A stretch of 64,000 bases of DNA from Macrostomum lignano (lineage: Eukaryota). A program made the translations under genes and the position numbers. The stretch lies in the NCBI GenBank assembly GCA_002269645.1, contig NIVC01000617.1:372001-436000 (forward strand). The letters run 5' to 3'. How positions within the stretch are numbered: the first letter of the stretch is position 1; every line of letters starts with the position of its first letter. Shown here in pieces: positions 48,036 through 59,569 of this stretch. Below the pieces are notes generated by a model. The model made no database searches. It had not been told where the DNA came from and saw nothing but the letters and a program-made list of their open reading frames with translations.

Positions 48036-51000
48036 ACTACAGCTACATTGCAGTTACAAGAAGTTATAGTTATGGATGTTTTAGCCTTATAATAATAAGA
48101 AAATTTAGCTATGGAAGTTGATTATTTTTTATAGCTATGAATACAGTTATAGCAGTCAAAACTTGTTGTGGTAGAGTAGGCCTATTATTTGAATATAGGA
48201 CAATTCAGTTATAGATAATTTTGTAACAGATGATTTGATAATAAAAAATTTTAGTAGGCTATACATTATGACCAGTTTGATAACAAGTTGAATGTTCTTT
48301 CTAATTTTGAGTATATTTGCATTGAACATATAAAATACTTTAAAAGTGATACTAGTAAATAATGATTTGAAACTTTATTTATATATATGTACACATATGT
48401 TATTGAAAAAAATTGAATATATTACCAAAGTATTCCATGTCACCAGAGACTAGAATACATTTTAACAAAGATAATATTATCAAACAATAATGTATCTATG
48501 ATTAATAAAGTGACAAAATTGCGCGGGCCTACTATGATATAGAAGTTGGTGCAATAATAGTGTTAGTCTTAAAATTAAATCTTGTTACCAAATTGTCTAT
48601 AATGTTACCAAATTATTTGTTACCAAATTGTCTATTACCGAACTGTCTTACACCTTATTATTTGATGGATATTAGGGGAACTAACCTATAAGCCTAATTT
48701 TTAGAGGCATATAGGCCATAATTTATAGCCTAGGCCTATCTATATTATAGCCAATATAGGCTAGTCTATAATTAAGCCAGTGTAGGAGCAAAAGTAAGAT
48801 CACCACATATAAGAGTGATAAGACCATCATATTTGGGGGAGCTAAAGGAGGAATTTGGCTCAATATGTTATTTATTGGATAGTACTAAAATGAGATAAGT
48901 CAAAGGTAGGTAAGAAAGCCAGTAAGACAAGGCTATAAAAGAGGAATTTATAAAAGGAATAGCAATGCTAGAAAATTGGTAGCTAGCCCTCAATCAATAC
49001 CAGTAGCCAATAATAAGCTATGGAATGGCAGTCTTGGCATTGTATGGCATTTTTGCGCCATCAAGCCCTTATAATATTATTAATATTATATTAATAATTA
49101 AAGGCAGGCTAACTAACTAAGTATATATATGCCAAAATAAAAACGCTAGTCTAGTTTTCTTAATTTTATGACAATGAAGACTTCAAAAATTATACCAAGA
49201 CTTAGAGTAAAAGTAAAGTTATTTGCATTGTAGGCCTCAGGCCTGCTATGGAAGCTTTTTAAGAATTAGAAATCAGGAAATTTAAAAAAACTGTAAAATG
49301 TTTACTAGGCCTACTATTTCAAATGTCAGTCAGTGTTTCAACCATGTTATTCTACTTTCTAAATTATTTATTTTAATAGCATCTCATTTGCTGATTTATA
49401 TATAACAATTAAGTATAATGCAACATCTCAGCCTGCATATTTTTTTAATTTTCTGTTGGAGTTGGGCCCTACAGAAAATGAGAAAATTCTGCAGCTGCTG
49501 TTTGTTGACTGCAACACCACACTGGAAAATTATAAAAATGCAACAGACAGTCATCTGCGATTGTCAAACTATTCCAATAGGGCATCTTAATAGCTGTCTA
49601 GGCAATCCAGATATCTGCATGGGCTAAGTCGTATCGAGACGCGTGACTGGCTGACGCAAAAGCAAAACGAAAGCGAAAATTGAGTTCTAAGAAACATAAA
49701 AACTCAAAAACCTCTACAACGAAAAAACTAACTAAACTGACTTAAACTAACTAAAGCTACCATATCGACTATATTTGTCAAATTAAGTTAATGCGCTTAC
49801 ATGTAAACTGTAGCTCTATATACGTATTATAATATGCTTACATGGAGCAACAGTCAAAACTGCTACCCTACGGGTGATTCTCATCGAGAGGTTTCGGAGG
49901 TTTTGAGGTTTTTCAGAGGTTTCATTTCGAACAAATATTTTTGCACAAAAACTTTAATACTGTAAAAAAATTGAAATCTTACTGAAATTTACTAATGAAT
50001 ACAAATTTTCTTTAGAAAATAGCTTGGAGGTTTTGGATTCTTTTTAGTTTTGCTTTTAATAGGCAACCGCGGAAATTATTTAACTTAGGCAACTATTTTC
50101 ATGCTTGAAAGTGGTTTTTTAAACACTACGCAACACAACACACTGGTAATGTCATCGTTGCCATTGGCATTTACATTCAAGGTGCATAAATAAAATAAAA
50201 AATATTCGACTTGAAGGCGCTGCTTGAAATATACTGAAAACATATAGACAGCTGTTTCATCCGTTTCCCGTTTTTACTTTTGAGTGCTGCTGCTGCTGCA
50301 TACCATTTTGCATTCGAATTATGTTATGACATTGATGTGATGTTATGTTATGTTAAGACATACTACCTCACAGAAGTAAATAGCAGAATTATTGTTGTCT
50401 CAATGTTTTTTTATAAATATCTAAGGGCCTGGAATTACAAGTATGCATTTTACTTTTAATTACTTAAAGCCGAACATTTTACTTTTAATCATAAAATTAA
50501 TTTCAATCACTGAAAGCTATTAGCTTTTCTCTCATAAATAACACTAGTTGCACAACTGTTACTGCTGACAAAAGCTCTAACATGTTTGAGTTAGTTCTTA
50601 TACAAACAAAATGCTTACAGTAAGACTTTGCACATGTATTGCACCACCTTTGTTTGATGCTAAAAATCTATGTTGAGCAATAAACTAGATAGCTGATACC
50701 AATATATTTACTAGAGTTAAAACTAAAAAGTCATTGGACACATTTTTGGCATTGTTTATTTTAAAATAATATAATTTCTTCAATATAAATGTATTGGCAT
50801 CTTTAAAGATTGCAAGAATAAATGTATAGGAAAATCATTATGTCAAATCATATTGACTTTTAAAATTGATTGTTTATAAAAAGTTATAGATGAAAGTAAT
50901 CAATACCTTTTATTTCAACATGCTTTGTTTCAGCTGCCAATACCATGCCTGAACTACCGCTTGCCTGGTCTCCTGCCTGCATTCTGAGCCTGTATCCTAC

Positions 51001-51978
51001 ATCGTCAAGACCACCGACGTGATCGAGACCTCAATATTGTAGGGTGAGGAACATAGGCGATGCTTCTCCAGTGCGTGGTTTCCGCTACTGCCAGCAAAGT
51101 GCAATTGGGCAGTCGCATTATGTCAGTTGTAGTGAGTTCCATTTGGATCAGTAACACTCGGCTGCTGCTGCTGGACAAAAATGATTGGTGTGAGTTCCCT
51201 TGGCACAATTCCCACAGGGCAATCAGGTGGGCTGCAAATTCCTCTCCAAGATTGGCACCAGCATGTCTGACATTGCCTTTCATGGCCTCCAATTGAGACT
51301 ATCGAAACAGTTGATTTTTTATGCTGGAAGCCCAAAAATGGGACAATGGGACTCGAGTGATGCAATGATGAGCAAAAACACTGAAGTCGAGCCGTGCCGA
51401 AAGCATATCGCGCCAACTGCGCTGCGACTTCTAGAAGCATATCATCATGAGCAATGGTAATTTAGTAGGCCATTGCTTTGTACAAATTTCCATAGTTTGA
51501 TGGGTTCTGGAAAGATGGCATGATTGAGAAATACAATGTTAGTCTTATTTTAGACTAAGATATTTGATTTTAGACTTTAGACTAGAAGATTTTAGACTAA
51601 TGATATTATTTTAGTATTTGGGTCTAGTGTAAGTACTTAACATCATAAGAAAATCTAAAGATTTAGAGCCTTCTCCCCAACATGGTTGGCACCATGCATT
51701 TCATTGGCATGATAACTACTGTGGATGATAAGAGAGTATATTTGTTTAATATTAAAACAATTTACTTATAAAGTAAATTAAAAATTGAATAAAAATGTGA
51801 TGACTAGGCATACATAAGTACAAGCTACTATTTACTTTGAATATTTGCATAAAAAGACAAAAACTAAAGCAAGTTACTAATGTAAAAGAGTAATAGAAAT
51901 GGGCTGGTAGCGATGCTCGTTTAAAAAATAATAGAGAAATGAAGGCCAACACCAACATATAATAAATTATTATAATAG

Positions 51979-52013
51979 CCAACGCGTTTCGACACAAGCA
52001 GTCATCTTCAGGG
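51979..52013 (-). ncRNA. Minimal type I hammerhead ribozyme motif of the Penelope-like element type
   Basis: Minus strand reads cc-CTGAAGA-tGAC-tgcttgt-GTC-GAAAC-GCGTT-gg: core boxes, stem II and a palindromic stem III. Stem I is only 2 bp. Confidence 0.6.
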
Positions 52014-52403
52014 AATAGAAATTGTACTCGACTATATCAGCTTAAATTATGACTGAATATAAAGCTATTAACAAATTATAGGCCTATTTAAAATTAAAAG
52101 CATAAAAATTTCAGATCATTAGAGCTTTCAATTTTATAGGTAGAGGTAAAGCAGTAAAATAAAAAATTGCCATTTTTAAAGCTTTGTGAAGAGAATTATT
52201 CACTAGTATTAGAGGCTTGGCTTAGGTAATAAATTTTTATCTTATGTGCATTGTGTGTTAGGATTTAGGATGATGATGTAAAAATAGTAAATAATAGAAA
52301 ATAGAAAAATAAAAGTTTTAGTATAATGGATGTGTAACAGGGGGTTTGCTTCCCTCTTTAGTTATCCCACTGCTGGTACCAAAAGCTGTCGTAGGGCTCT
52401 TAA

Positions 52404-53159
52404 TGTGACGTTGTCAGTTTAAGGTGGTCCCGAAAAGGGCCGCTGGACTATATTTTCCCTTGTAATTTCTCATATTAATTTCTCCAATAGTTTATTTTAA
52501 CGTTTACTTATAGTAGAGCCCAACGATTTTGTGGCAATTTCTAATTCACTGTATATTTTGCTATCCTCTCTCGCGACCGTATAAAATTGGCACGATCGAT
52601 AATTTTAAGTTCTCTCGCCAGCCAATGAAAACCACTCGTGCTTCGCGCTACCCCCCTCTGCGCTCCTTTATTAAACCCCCCGCCTGGCGGCGGCACTCCT
52701 CACTCCCGTCCTTATCTGTGCTTCTCTCTTCCTCCCGGCCTGTCCTCGGCCTTGTTTTCCTTCTCTCTGTCTGGACCAGCCTGTTTGCACTGCCTGCCAC
52801 TGTCTGCCACGGCTAACGCCAATCTCACCACTACGCATCTGCCACTATTGTACTCATCGCCGTTACTCACCACGTTACATCGTCTTGCATCACTCGCCTA
52901 CCACTCAACTACAATCTCTAACTCACCTTCAATTCAAAACCATTGTTGCAGCCGCCAGTGCCCCAAAAGCGCAATAAGTTCTATATTGATATTAACCGCA
53001 TCGAATATTGATCTCAACAATAATAACCAACTACGGCCAGTTTCCGGCCTTGTATGCCAAGTGCTCCGCTACGCAAATCCGCTATCAAGACTTGACTCGA
53101 TTCATTTGGGACTAAAACGGCCCTTTTAAGGGTCACGGACAACATCAAATAACGTGACA
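52404..53159 (+). repeat. 5' LTR (756 bp)
   Basis: TGTGACGTT...AACGTGACA, near-identical to 61336-62089. Confidence 0.97.
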
Positions 53160-53165
53160 TAATTT

Positions 53166-53183
53166 TGGAGGTCCCACCTAGAC
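53166..53183 (+). promoter_or_regulatory. Primer binding site, tRNA-Gln type
   Basis: TGGAGGTCCCACC(T)AGA is complementary to the remembered metazoan tRNA-Gln 3' end (...GGTGGGACCTCCA) and lies 6 nt after the LTR. Confidence 0.8.
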
Positions 53184-53803
53184 TCCTGCTCAGCACTGCC
53201 GGTTCGCAACTAAGCACCACCGAGACGCCTACTCAGCACTGCCGGCTCGCAACTACATCAGCGCCATCAAGACTTCTGCTCAGCCCTGCCAGTTCGCAAC
53301 CAAGCACCAGCCACCAGCGAGACTTCTGCTCAGCTCTGCCGGCTCGTGACTGAGCACCTGCCTGCCTGTGCTACGCCTGAGGTTCGGTCCGCAAGGCTGC
53401 GAGAGCCTGTGCCTCGAGAGCCTGGTCCTGACTGCCCGGCTGGTCTTCGCTCGTCGCCGCGGGTCGTCGCTGGCCGTCGCCCTGAGCAACGCGCGCTGTC
53501 AACTGCGTTGAGCTCGAGCTTACGCTCTGCCAAGATAGCTCCGCTGCGTGTGCCAAGCCACGCCAGGTTACGCTGTGCGCTGATTGTTTGTAGGGACTAT
53601 TGCCTGACAGTTAGTCTGGGTGGTTTGCGTGATAGGACTCTCCCCTATACTAGGCTTTTTGTGGTTTGCCCCTGTCAGGCAATTATTTTTGTTAGTAGGA
53701 CGCAATCTCTCTCATCTCTCTCGCGTCATCAACCTCGATTCGTTCTCTCTGGAGCCTTATTTTCGTTCACGCTTGGTTCATTCGTCTCACTCAATCTTGC
53801 ACA

Positions 53804-56800
53804 ATGTCCGACAACGGGGACAGCCACGCTGCAGCGTCATTGGCTGACGGAGATGCCGTCGTGCCAGATCAGGACGCAGTCGATGCCGGTGAGCAGCCAG
53901 CAGGTGCAGCTGCTGCCGCCGCGCCAGCTCCTAGTGAGCAACTCTTGTTGACTCAAACCTTAGCCTCTCTTCACCGGATGCTCGAAGAGCGTCTCGCTGT
54001 TTCCTCGCCGTCAGCGCCAAATTCCTCGCCGCCTGCGAAGCCAGACATACGCCTTCGCCCTCCAATCGCTTATCAGCCGAAGATGAACTTTGATACGTGG
54101 GAAGCTCAGCTTACTTCGTATCTAGCCACTTGCCGCGTTCCTGAGGACCAGAAGTCCGCCATTCTCGTATCTTTGCTGTCAGCCGAATGCCAAGAGGTAT
54201 ATCTTAATTACCGGTGTGACCAGTTGCCTTTCGAATCTGCGCTTCGGCTGCTCAGGGAAAGGTACACCGATGCCAAGAAGAAGGACAAGGCCTACGTAGA
54301 ATTAGTTGCTGCCGCCCAATCTCATAATGAGCAGATGTCTGATTTCTTCGACAGACTGGTCTCCTATTCTAGACTAGCGGGTCTCTCGCTCGCTGAAGCG
54401 AAGCCCCTACTCAAGGCCAGATTCTGCCATGGGCTGAGGGATAAGGACCTCGCCGAAAAGCTCCTCTTATGGGATCAGGAAACCGACAGTGCCACCTCTG
54501 CAGAAGAGCTGATGCAGAAGGCCAAAGATCTTGTCGGGGTCCGCCAACTTCTGAATGTGCCTTCTACTATAGCCAAGGTTCGTGCCATAGAACCTGACGC
54601 TGAGAAGAAAGCGTTAGAACAGAGGGTCGCCGAGCTTGAGAAGATGGTGACCGACCAAGCCAATAGATTAAGCCAGACCACTCCGCCTGTCACCACCAAC
54701 CAGGGGCCCACTCGCACAGAGCCCACTGGGGGCCCACCACAAATTAGCCAAACCTATAGACAGCCTAGGCCAGCTCCTCGCCCTTCGCGGGCTTGCCACC
54801 GATGCGGCCAGACCGATCACCTGATCGCTGACTGCCCATCGCCCTCGCCGAGACCACAGTCGCCAAAGCAGCCCCGGGGGAGCCAAAATCAGCAGCCCAG
54901 CCGTGGGAAAGTCACGACTGAACTAGGAACCATTGCCACATGGTCTCAGAATTACGGGTTCATCCAATCTGAGCACCTGCCAGAGAAATTGTTTGTCCAC
55001 ATAAGCCAACTGTCTCCCAGCCTGCGTAGCCTAGTCGAGCAGCACCGCCTTAGGGGGACTAGGGTGAAATTCCAGCGCCAGGTCGACCCCGGGCGCCAGC
55101 ACGACAAGGCCTGTAATGTGCAACCTCAGCCAGGGGACAGTGATCCACAATGCCGACAAGGAGGGTACACAGCTGACACCTTTGAGTCTAGCTATTTCGT
55201 GCAGCTAGGAGTAGGAGACTCTAAAGTTCTGGCCTGTCTAGACTCAGGCGCCAATGCCAGCATCATGGGTGCTGACGTGAAAGCCAAACTGGTCGCAGCT
55301 GACCCCGTCAATAACATATTCACGCCTAGTGCTAATAAACAGCGTGCCACCGCCTTCGGCGGCTCTCAGGTAGACATCCTAGGGTCGCTACGCTGCGAAA
55401 TCAACTTAGGTAATACGACTAAACAGCATGTATTCCTAGTCACTGCTTACTGTACCACAGAAGCCCTGCTAGGCATGGATTTCCTGCGCAGCTTCGAGAT
55501 GCTGCTAGACTTCAACTCTGGCCGAGCTTTAGTAGCAGGGGTGTCAGTGCCAGTCATTGAGGGGGACAAGGGAATTTTCCAACTCCGACGAGTGATGGCC
55601 GCCGGCACCGTAGAATTGCCCCCGCACTCGGAAACCCTGATTCCCAGTCGTGTCCTCGACTCTTCGCCGTACACCTCTGGTATAGTCATGTCCCGGATCC
55701 TCGGACCAGAGACCGAACAGTTGGTAGCTAAGACTCTAGACTCAGTTAGCGATACTAACCACATACTAGTGCGCGTGCTCAACAGTGGGGAGCAGCCAAT
55801 TCAGATAACTAGGGGGCAAGAAATTGCCTCATTCCAGGAATTAGATAGTCATGAGGTCATAGCTCAGACGACCCTGAAGGAGTCTGACTTTAGTCTGGAC
55901 AATGTAGCTAACCTCACAAGCCAACTCAGTAAACTGCCGCCGCCTAGTAGGGAGTTAGCCAAATGGCTGACAACGCAGTTCCAACTCGACCAAGCCAAAT
56001 TGTCTAGGGGCCAACTCGCCACCGTATTGAAACTGCTCAACTACTTCAATAGCCAAATTTCTAGATCAAACGCAGATTTAGGCCATACCACATTACACGA
56101 GATGGGCATTGAATTAATAGATCCCAAGGCCAAGCCTGTTGCGCAACCATACAGGCGCACTACGCCAGCCCAAAAGGAATTCCTAGACCAGAACATAGCG
56201 CAGATGCTCGAGCAAGGGGTCATCGAGGAATGCGACTCCGACTGGGTGTCACCTATCGTTCTAGTCAAGAAAAAGGACGGCACTCAACGCTTGTGTATAG
56301 ACTATAGGGCCGTCAATAAGCTCATCAAGCCGTGTAGCTTCCCCCTTCCACTCATCGAAGAATCTTTTGACAGCCTTGCTGGGGCCACTGTATTCTCTAG
56401 CCTAGACCTGACCTCTGCGTACTGGCAGGTAGGGATTAAAGAGGAGGCTAGGGACTACACTGCTTTTGCCTGCCCCCAGGGCACTTTCCGCTGGAAGGTA
56501 GTACCATTTGGGATCAAGACAGCACCTGCCAATTTCGCGAAACTAATGCACAAAGTGTTTAGACCTCTCCTGATGAAGGTCAGCCTCATCTATCTAGATG
56601 ACATCATCATTAAGGCTGTCAACAATGACCAAATGATCGCGCATCTCGCGCTGGTCCTCTGGCAGCTTAGAAAAGCCGGTCTCAAAATTAAGCCGTCTAA
56701 GTGTGAGTTGTTCAAGGACAAGGTTGCCTTCCTGGGGTTCGTTGTGTCTAGCCGGGGCATTGAGGCTGACCCAGCGAAAACCCAGGCTGTCCAAGAGTGG

Positions 56801-59569
56801 CCTAAACCGCTTTCTAAGAAACAGCTCTTATCCTTCTTAGGATTTGCGAATTACTACCGGAAATTTGTGCCGCGATTCTCAATCATCGCCACGCCTTTGT
56901 ATGCCTTAGCCAAAAAGGATGCTCCGTTCCTATGGCAATCGCATCATGAACGGGCTTTCCAAGAACTCAAACATAGTCTCTGTTCACCACCGATTCTGGC
57001 GTATCCAGACCTCTCTGCCAAGGGGCGCGAATTTATTTTGGACTGCGATAGCTCGCTTGACGGCACCGGGGGTGTGCTGTACCAGCTCGGGCCAGATGGC
57101 CAAGAGCAAGTCATAGCTTACGCATCCAAAAAATTCAACAGTAGCCAGAGAAACTACTGCGCCACCATGAGGGAGTTGCTAGGGCTCGTTCTGATGCTCG
57201 AGCATTTCCGTCCTTATCTATTAGACAAGCCTTTCACTGTCCGGGTGGACGCGGCCGCGCTCAAATGGCTGCATTCTAAGAAGCATGCCACTGGTATGCT
57301 GGCCCAATGGCTTGCCACCATTGAACTGTACCCGCTGAAGGTCCAGCAGTCCACTCTAGAACGAATAGCCGAATACGATTTCACAGTCCAGTACCGTCCA
57401 GGCGTCGACCACGTGCCTGCTGACGCTCTTAGTAGACTGCCAAAATTCAGAGCCGATCACTTCGACTGCCCGACGTGCAGCCAGATTCCAGAATTTAAGG
57501 GGAAATTCCTGGACCAAGACCCAAAGCACCGGCGTACGCCCCCCTCTAGGGAACTGCGTCAGGTGTGCGTCCAGACCATAGGCATTAGCGTAGCATGTCA
57601 GACTGACACAGATGTCCCGGCTGAACCAACGCCGAATGTTCGTGCTACTGCTAGCGGTGCTGTTCCTAGTCCAGAGACTGAATCCCGTGAACCTGAACCC
57701 GAGTCCCAAGTGCCACCTGAGCTCATCTGGGCTCAGAATGCCCAGGACTCCTGTGTTGACATGGCGCGCCTAATCGCCAGTGTCCAGGGTAAGGCTGAGC
57801 CATTGTCCAAGGCCGAACTGCAGGGCTGTAGCCGGGAAATGCGTGCACTCTGGGCTCAATTCAAGGACCTTGAAGTAGTCGAGGGCCTATTGTACTTAGC
57901 CAAATCTTCCAAAGCCAAGACTGCCAGCAGGCGCCTTGTGGTGCCTGAGACCGCAGACGTCAGTCATCTGGTCCTTCAGTATCATGGCCAGTTGAACCAT
58001 TGCGGTATCACCAAGACGATGGCCGCCCTGAAGGCGCGCTTCGTTATCTCCGACTTAGATACTATAGTCAAGGGGGTCCTGGCCGAATGCACCGTTTGCG
58101 CTAAGACTAAGAAGTCAAAGCGTAAGCTCAAGGCCCCTATGCAACCAGAACTGTCCGGCTACCCGAACCAGGTTGTCCACGTGGACCACGCAGGCCCATT
58201 CGAAGAGTGTGAGGGGTACAAGTACCTGCTGGTTATGATTGACCGGTTCACCGGGTTTGTCGAAGTAGTTCCTGTTCCCGACGTCAGCGCAGAGACCACT
58301 GCCACAACCATCCTGACTGAATGGGTTGCCAGGTATGGGGTGATGGAGCAGTTGGTGTCTGATAACGGAACTGCCTTCATCAACAGTACCATGATAGAGT
58401 TAACTAGGCTCCTACAGATTGACATGGGTCGGATCACAGCCCGTCGCCCTCAGGCTAACGGTAAAGCTGAGAGGATGATCCAGACGGTGAAAGCCCAGAT
58501 TAGAGCCATCTGTCTTGAGAGACAATGCGACTGGCCCCTTGCCAGCCGCCTGGCCGCCCTGTCAATCCGTGCCACAGTCGCGGAATCCACCGGATTTACT
58601 CCAGCCAAACTTTTCTTCGGGCGTGAGTTCGAACTGCCGCTCGACCTCTGTCACAATCCACCGCCAAATGAGCACTACCAGCCGGAAAAGTACGCCCACC
58701 AGTTGCACCGCACGCTAGTCGAAACCTCTGCCCTAGCCCGCCGCACCAGGGGTAAGGCCCAGGAAAGGCAGAAAAGGTATTACGACCGCCGCGCCCTCCG
58801 CGCTGAGTTCCACGAGGGAGAATTAGTCTGGGTCTTGAACCCGAATCACAAGGGCATAGAACCCGCTGTGTGGTTGGGGCCATACCGAGTAGTACAGCGC
58901 TGCTCCGAGCGGACTTACCGTTTAGTCCCCGAGTATGGTCTCCTAAACCCAGCAGATCGGGTGCCAAATCCGCGCCATAACATTTACAACATTGACCGTC
59001 TCAAACCGTGTATCAGACAGCCCACTTACCAAGACGTAGTTGACCGGTATGGTGAGGCCACCCATGCCAGGTCTCCAGCACCTAGTGTGAACCCGCCAAA
59101 CGGACCCACGAGCGAGCTTAGCCTCGTCACCATTCCCCAGCCTCCCTCTGCCCGGCCAGAGAGCCCACGCAGAACGCCAGGGCCAAATCCACCACCGCCA
59201 GCTTCAGGCGCCTTTGAGGAGGGGGCGGGAGCTGCTGCGGGAGAAGGCCAACCATTCGCCGAAGCTGGCGATGCTGTAGCCATTGAGGGACAGCCACAGC
59301 CAGACACTGACACTGACAGCACAGACACTGACACCAGCCATAGCCAAGACAGCTCAGAATCGCTGTACACGGCCTCCTTGGGGGACCCCTCCTCCGAGCA
59401 AATAGAACCACCTGAGATTGCTGCGAATCCAGTCGCTGCGCAAGCAGCTGAACCACCAGCCCCGGCTGACGTACCCAGATCCAGGTACGGACGCCCCATC
59501 CGCCCGCCTGTCAGGTACCGGACCTGTCAGGTGTCCGACCTGCTCCAGCAGTGGGGAAGCAGACACTAG
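53804..59569 (+). CDS. Gag-Pol polyprotein (1921 aa): capsid-like, CCHC, cold-shock domain, protease, RT, RNase H, integrase
   Basis: CHRCGQTDHLIADC (54794-54835); YGFI/LFVHISQ (about 54920-55125); LDSGA (55241); YLDD (56591); RNase H D/E/D/D; H2C2 and DDE integrase; GPY motif. The PR-RT-RH-IN order is the Ty3/Gypsy arrangement. Confidence 0.97.
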   Translation: MSDNGDSHAAASLADGDAVVPDQDAVDAGEQPAGAAAAAAPAPSEQLLLTQTLASLHRMLEERLAVSSPSAPNSSPPAKPDIRLRPPIAYQPKMNFDTWEAQLTSYLATCRVPEDQKSAILVSLLSAECQEVYLNYRCDQLPFESALRLLRERYTDAKKKDKAYVELVAAAQSHNEQMSDFFDRLVSYSRLAGLSLAEAKPLLKARFCHGLRDKDLAEKLLLWDQETDSATSAEELMQKAKDLVGVRQLLNVPSTIAKVRAIEPDAEKKALEQRVAELEKMVTDQANRLSQTTPPVTTNQGPTRTEPTGGPPQISQTYRQPRPAPRPSRACHRCGQTDHLIADCPSPSPRPQSPKQPRGSQNQQPSRGKVTTELGTIATWSQNYGFIQSEHLPEKLFVHISQLSPSLRSLVEQHRLRGTRVKFQRQVDPGRQHDKACNVQPQPGDSDPQCRQGGYTADTFESSYFVQLGVGDSKVLACLDSGANASIMGADVKAKLVAADPVNNIFTPSANKQRATAFGGSQVDILGSLRCEINLGNTTKQHVFLVTAYCTTEALLGMDFLRSFEMLLDFNSGRALVAGVSVPVIEGDKGIFQLRRVMAAGTVELPPHSETLIPSRVLDSSPYTSGIVMSRILGPETEQLVAKTLDSVSDTNHILVRVLNSGEQPIQITRGQEIASFQELDSHEVIAQTTLKESDFSLDNVANLTSQLSKLPPPSRELAKWLTTQFQLDQAKLSRGQLATVLKLLNYFNSQISRSNADLGHTTLHEMGIELIDPKAKPVAQPYRRTTPAQKEFLDQNIAQMLEQGVIEECDSDWVSPIVLVKKKDGTQRLCIDYRAVNKLIKPCSFPLPLIEESFDSLAGATVFSSLDLTSAYWQVGIKEEARDYTAFACPQGTFRWKVVPFGIKTAPANFAKLMHKVFRPLLMKVSLIYLDDIIIKAVNNDQMIAHLALVLWQLRKAGLKIKPSKCELFKDKVAFLGFVVSSRGIEADPAKTQAVQEWPKPLSKKQLLSFLGFANYYRKFVPRFSIIATPLYALAKKDAPFLWQSHHERAFQELKHSLCSPPILAYPDLSAKGREFILDCDSSLDGTGGVLYQLGPDGQEQVIAYASKKFNSSQRNYCATMRELLGLVLMLEHFRPYLLDKPFTVRVDAAALKWLHSKKHATGMLAQWLATIELYPLKVQQSTLERIAEYDFTVQYRPGVDHVPADALSRLPKFRADHFDCPTCSQIPEFKGKFLDQDPKHRRTPPSRELRQVCVQTIGISVACQTDTDVPAEPTPNVRATASGAVPSPETESREPEPESQVPPELIWAQNAQDSCVDMARLIASVQGKAEPLSKAELQGCSREMRALWAQFKDLEVVEGLLYLAKSSKAKTASRRLVVPETADVSHLVLQYHGQLNHCGITKTMAALKARFVISDLDTIVKGVLAECTVCAKTKKSKRKLKAPMQPELSGYPNQVVHVDHAGPFEECEGYKYLLVMIDRFTGFVEVVPVPDVSAETTATTILTEWVARYGVMEQLVSDNGTAFINSTMIELTRLLQIDMGRITARRPQANGKAERMIQTVKAQIRAICLERQCDWPLASRLAALSIRATVAESTGFTPAKLFFGREFELPLDLCHNPPPNEHYQPEKYAHQLHRTLVETSALARRTRGKAQERQKRYYDRRALRAEFHEGELVWVLNPNHKGIEPAVWLGPYRVVQRCSERTYRLVPEYGLLNPADRVPNPRHNIYNIDRLKPCIRQPTYQDVVDRYGEATHARSPAPSVNPPNGPTSELSLVTIPQPPSARPESPRRTPGPNPPPPASGAFEEGAGAAAGEGQPFAEAGDAVAIEGQPQPDTDTDSTDTDTSHSQDSSESLYTASLGDPSSEQIEPPEIAANPVAAQAAEPPAPADVPRSRYGRPIRPPVRYRTCQVSDLLQQWGSRH

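Noticed and set aside
52529-53951. ORFs overlapping the LTRs and leader (also at 61461-62059)
   Set aside because: Frames differ between the two near-identical LTRs because of single-C indels, and no domain motifs are present.
59040-59569. Chromodomain at the integrase C-terminus
   Set aside because: The tail is Pro/Ala/acidic low-complexity sequence with no aromatic-cage pattern.
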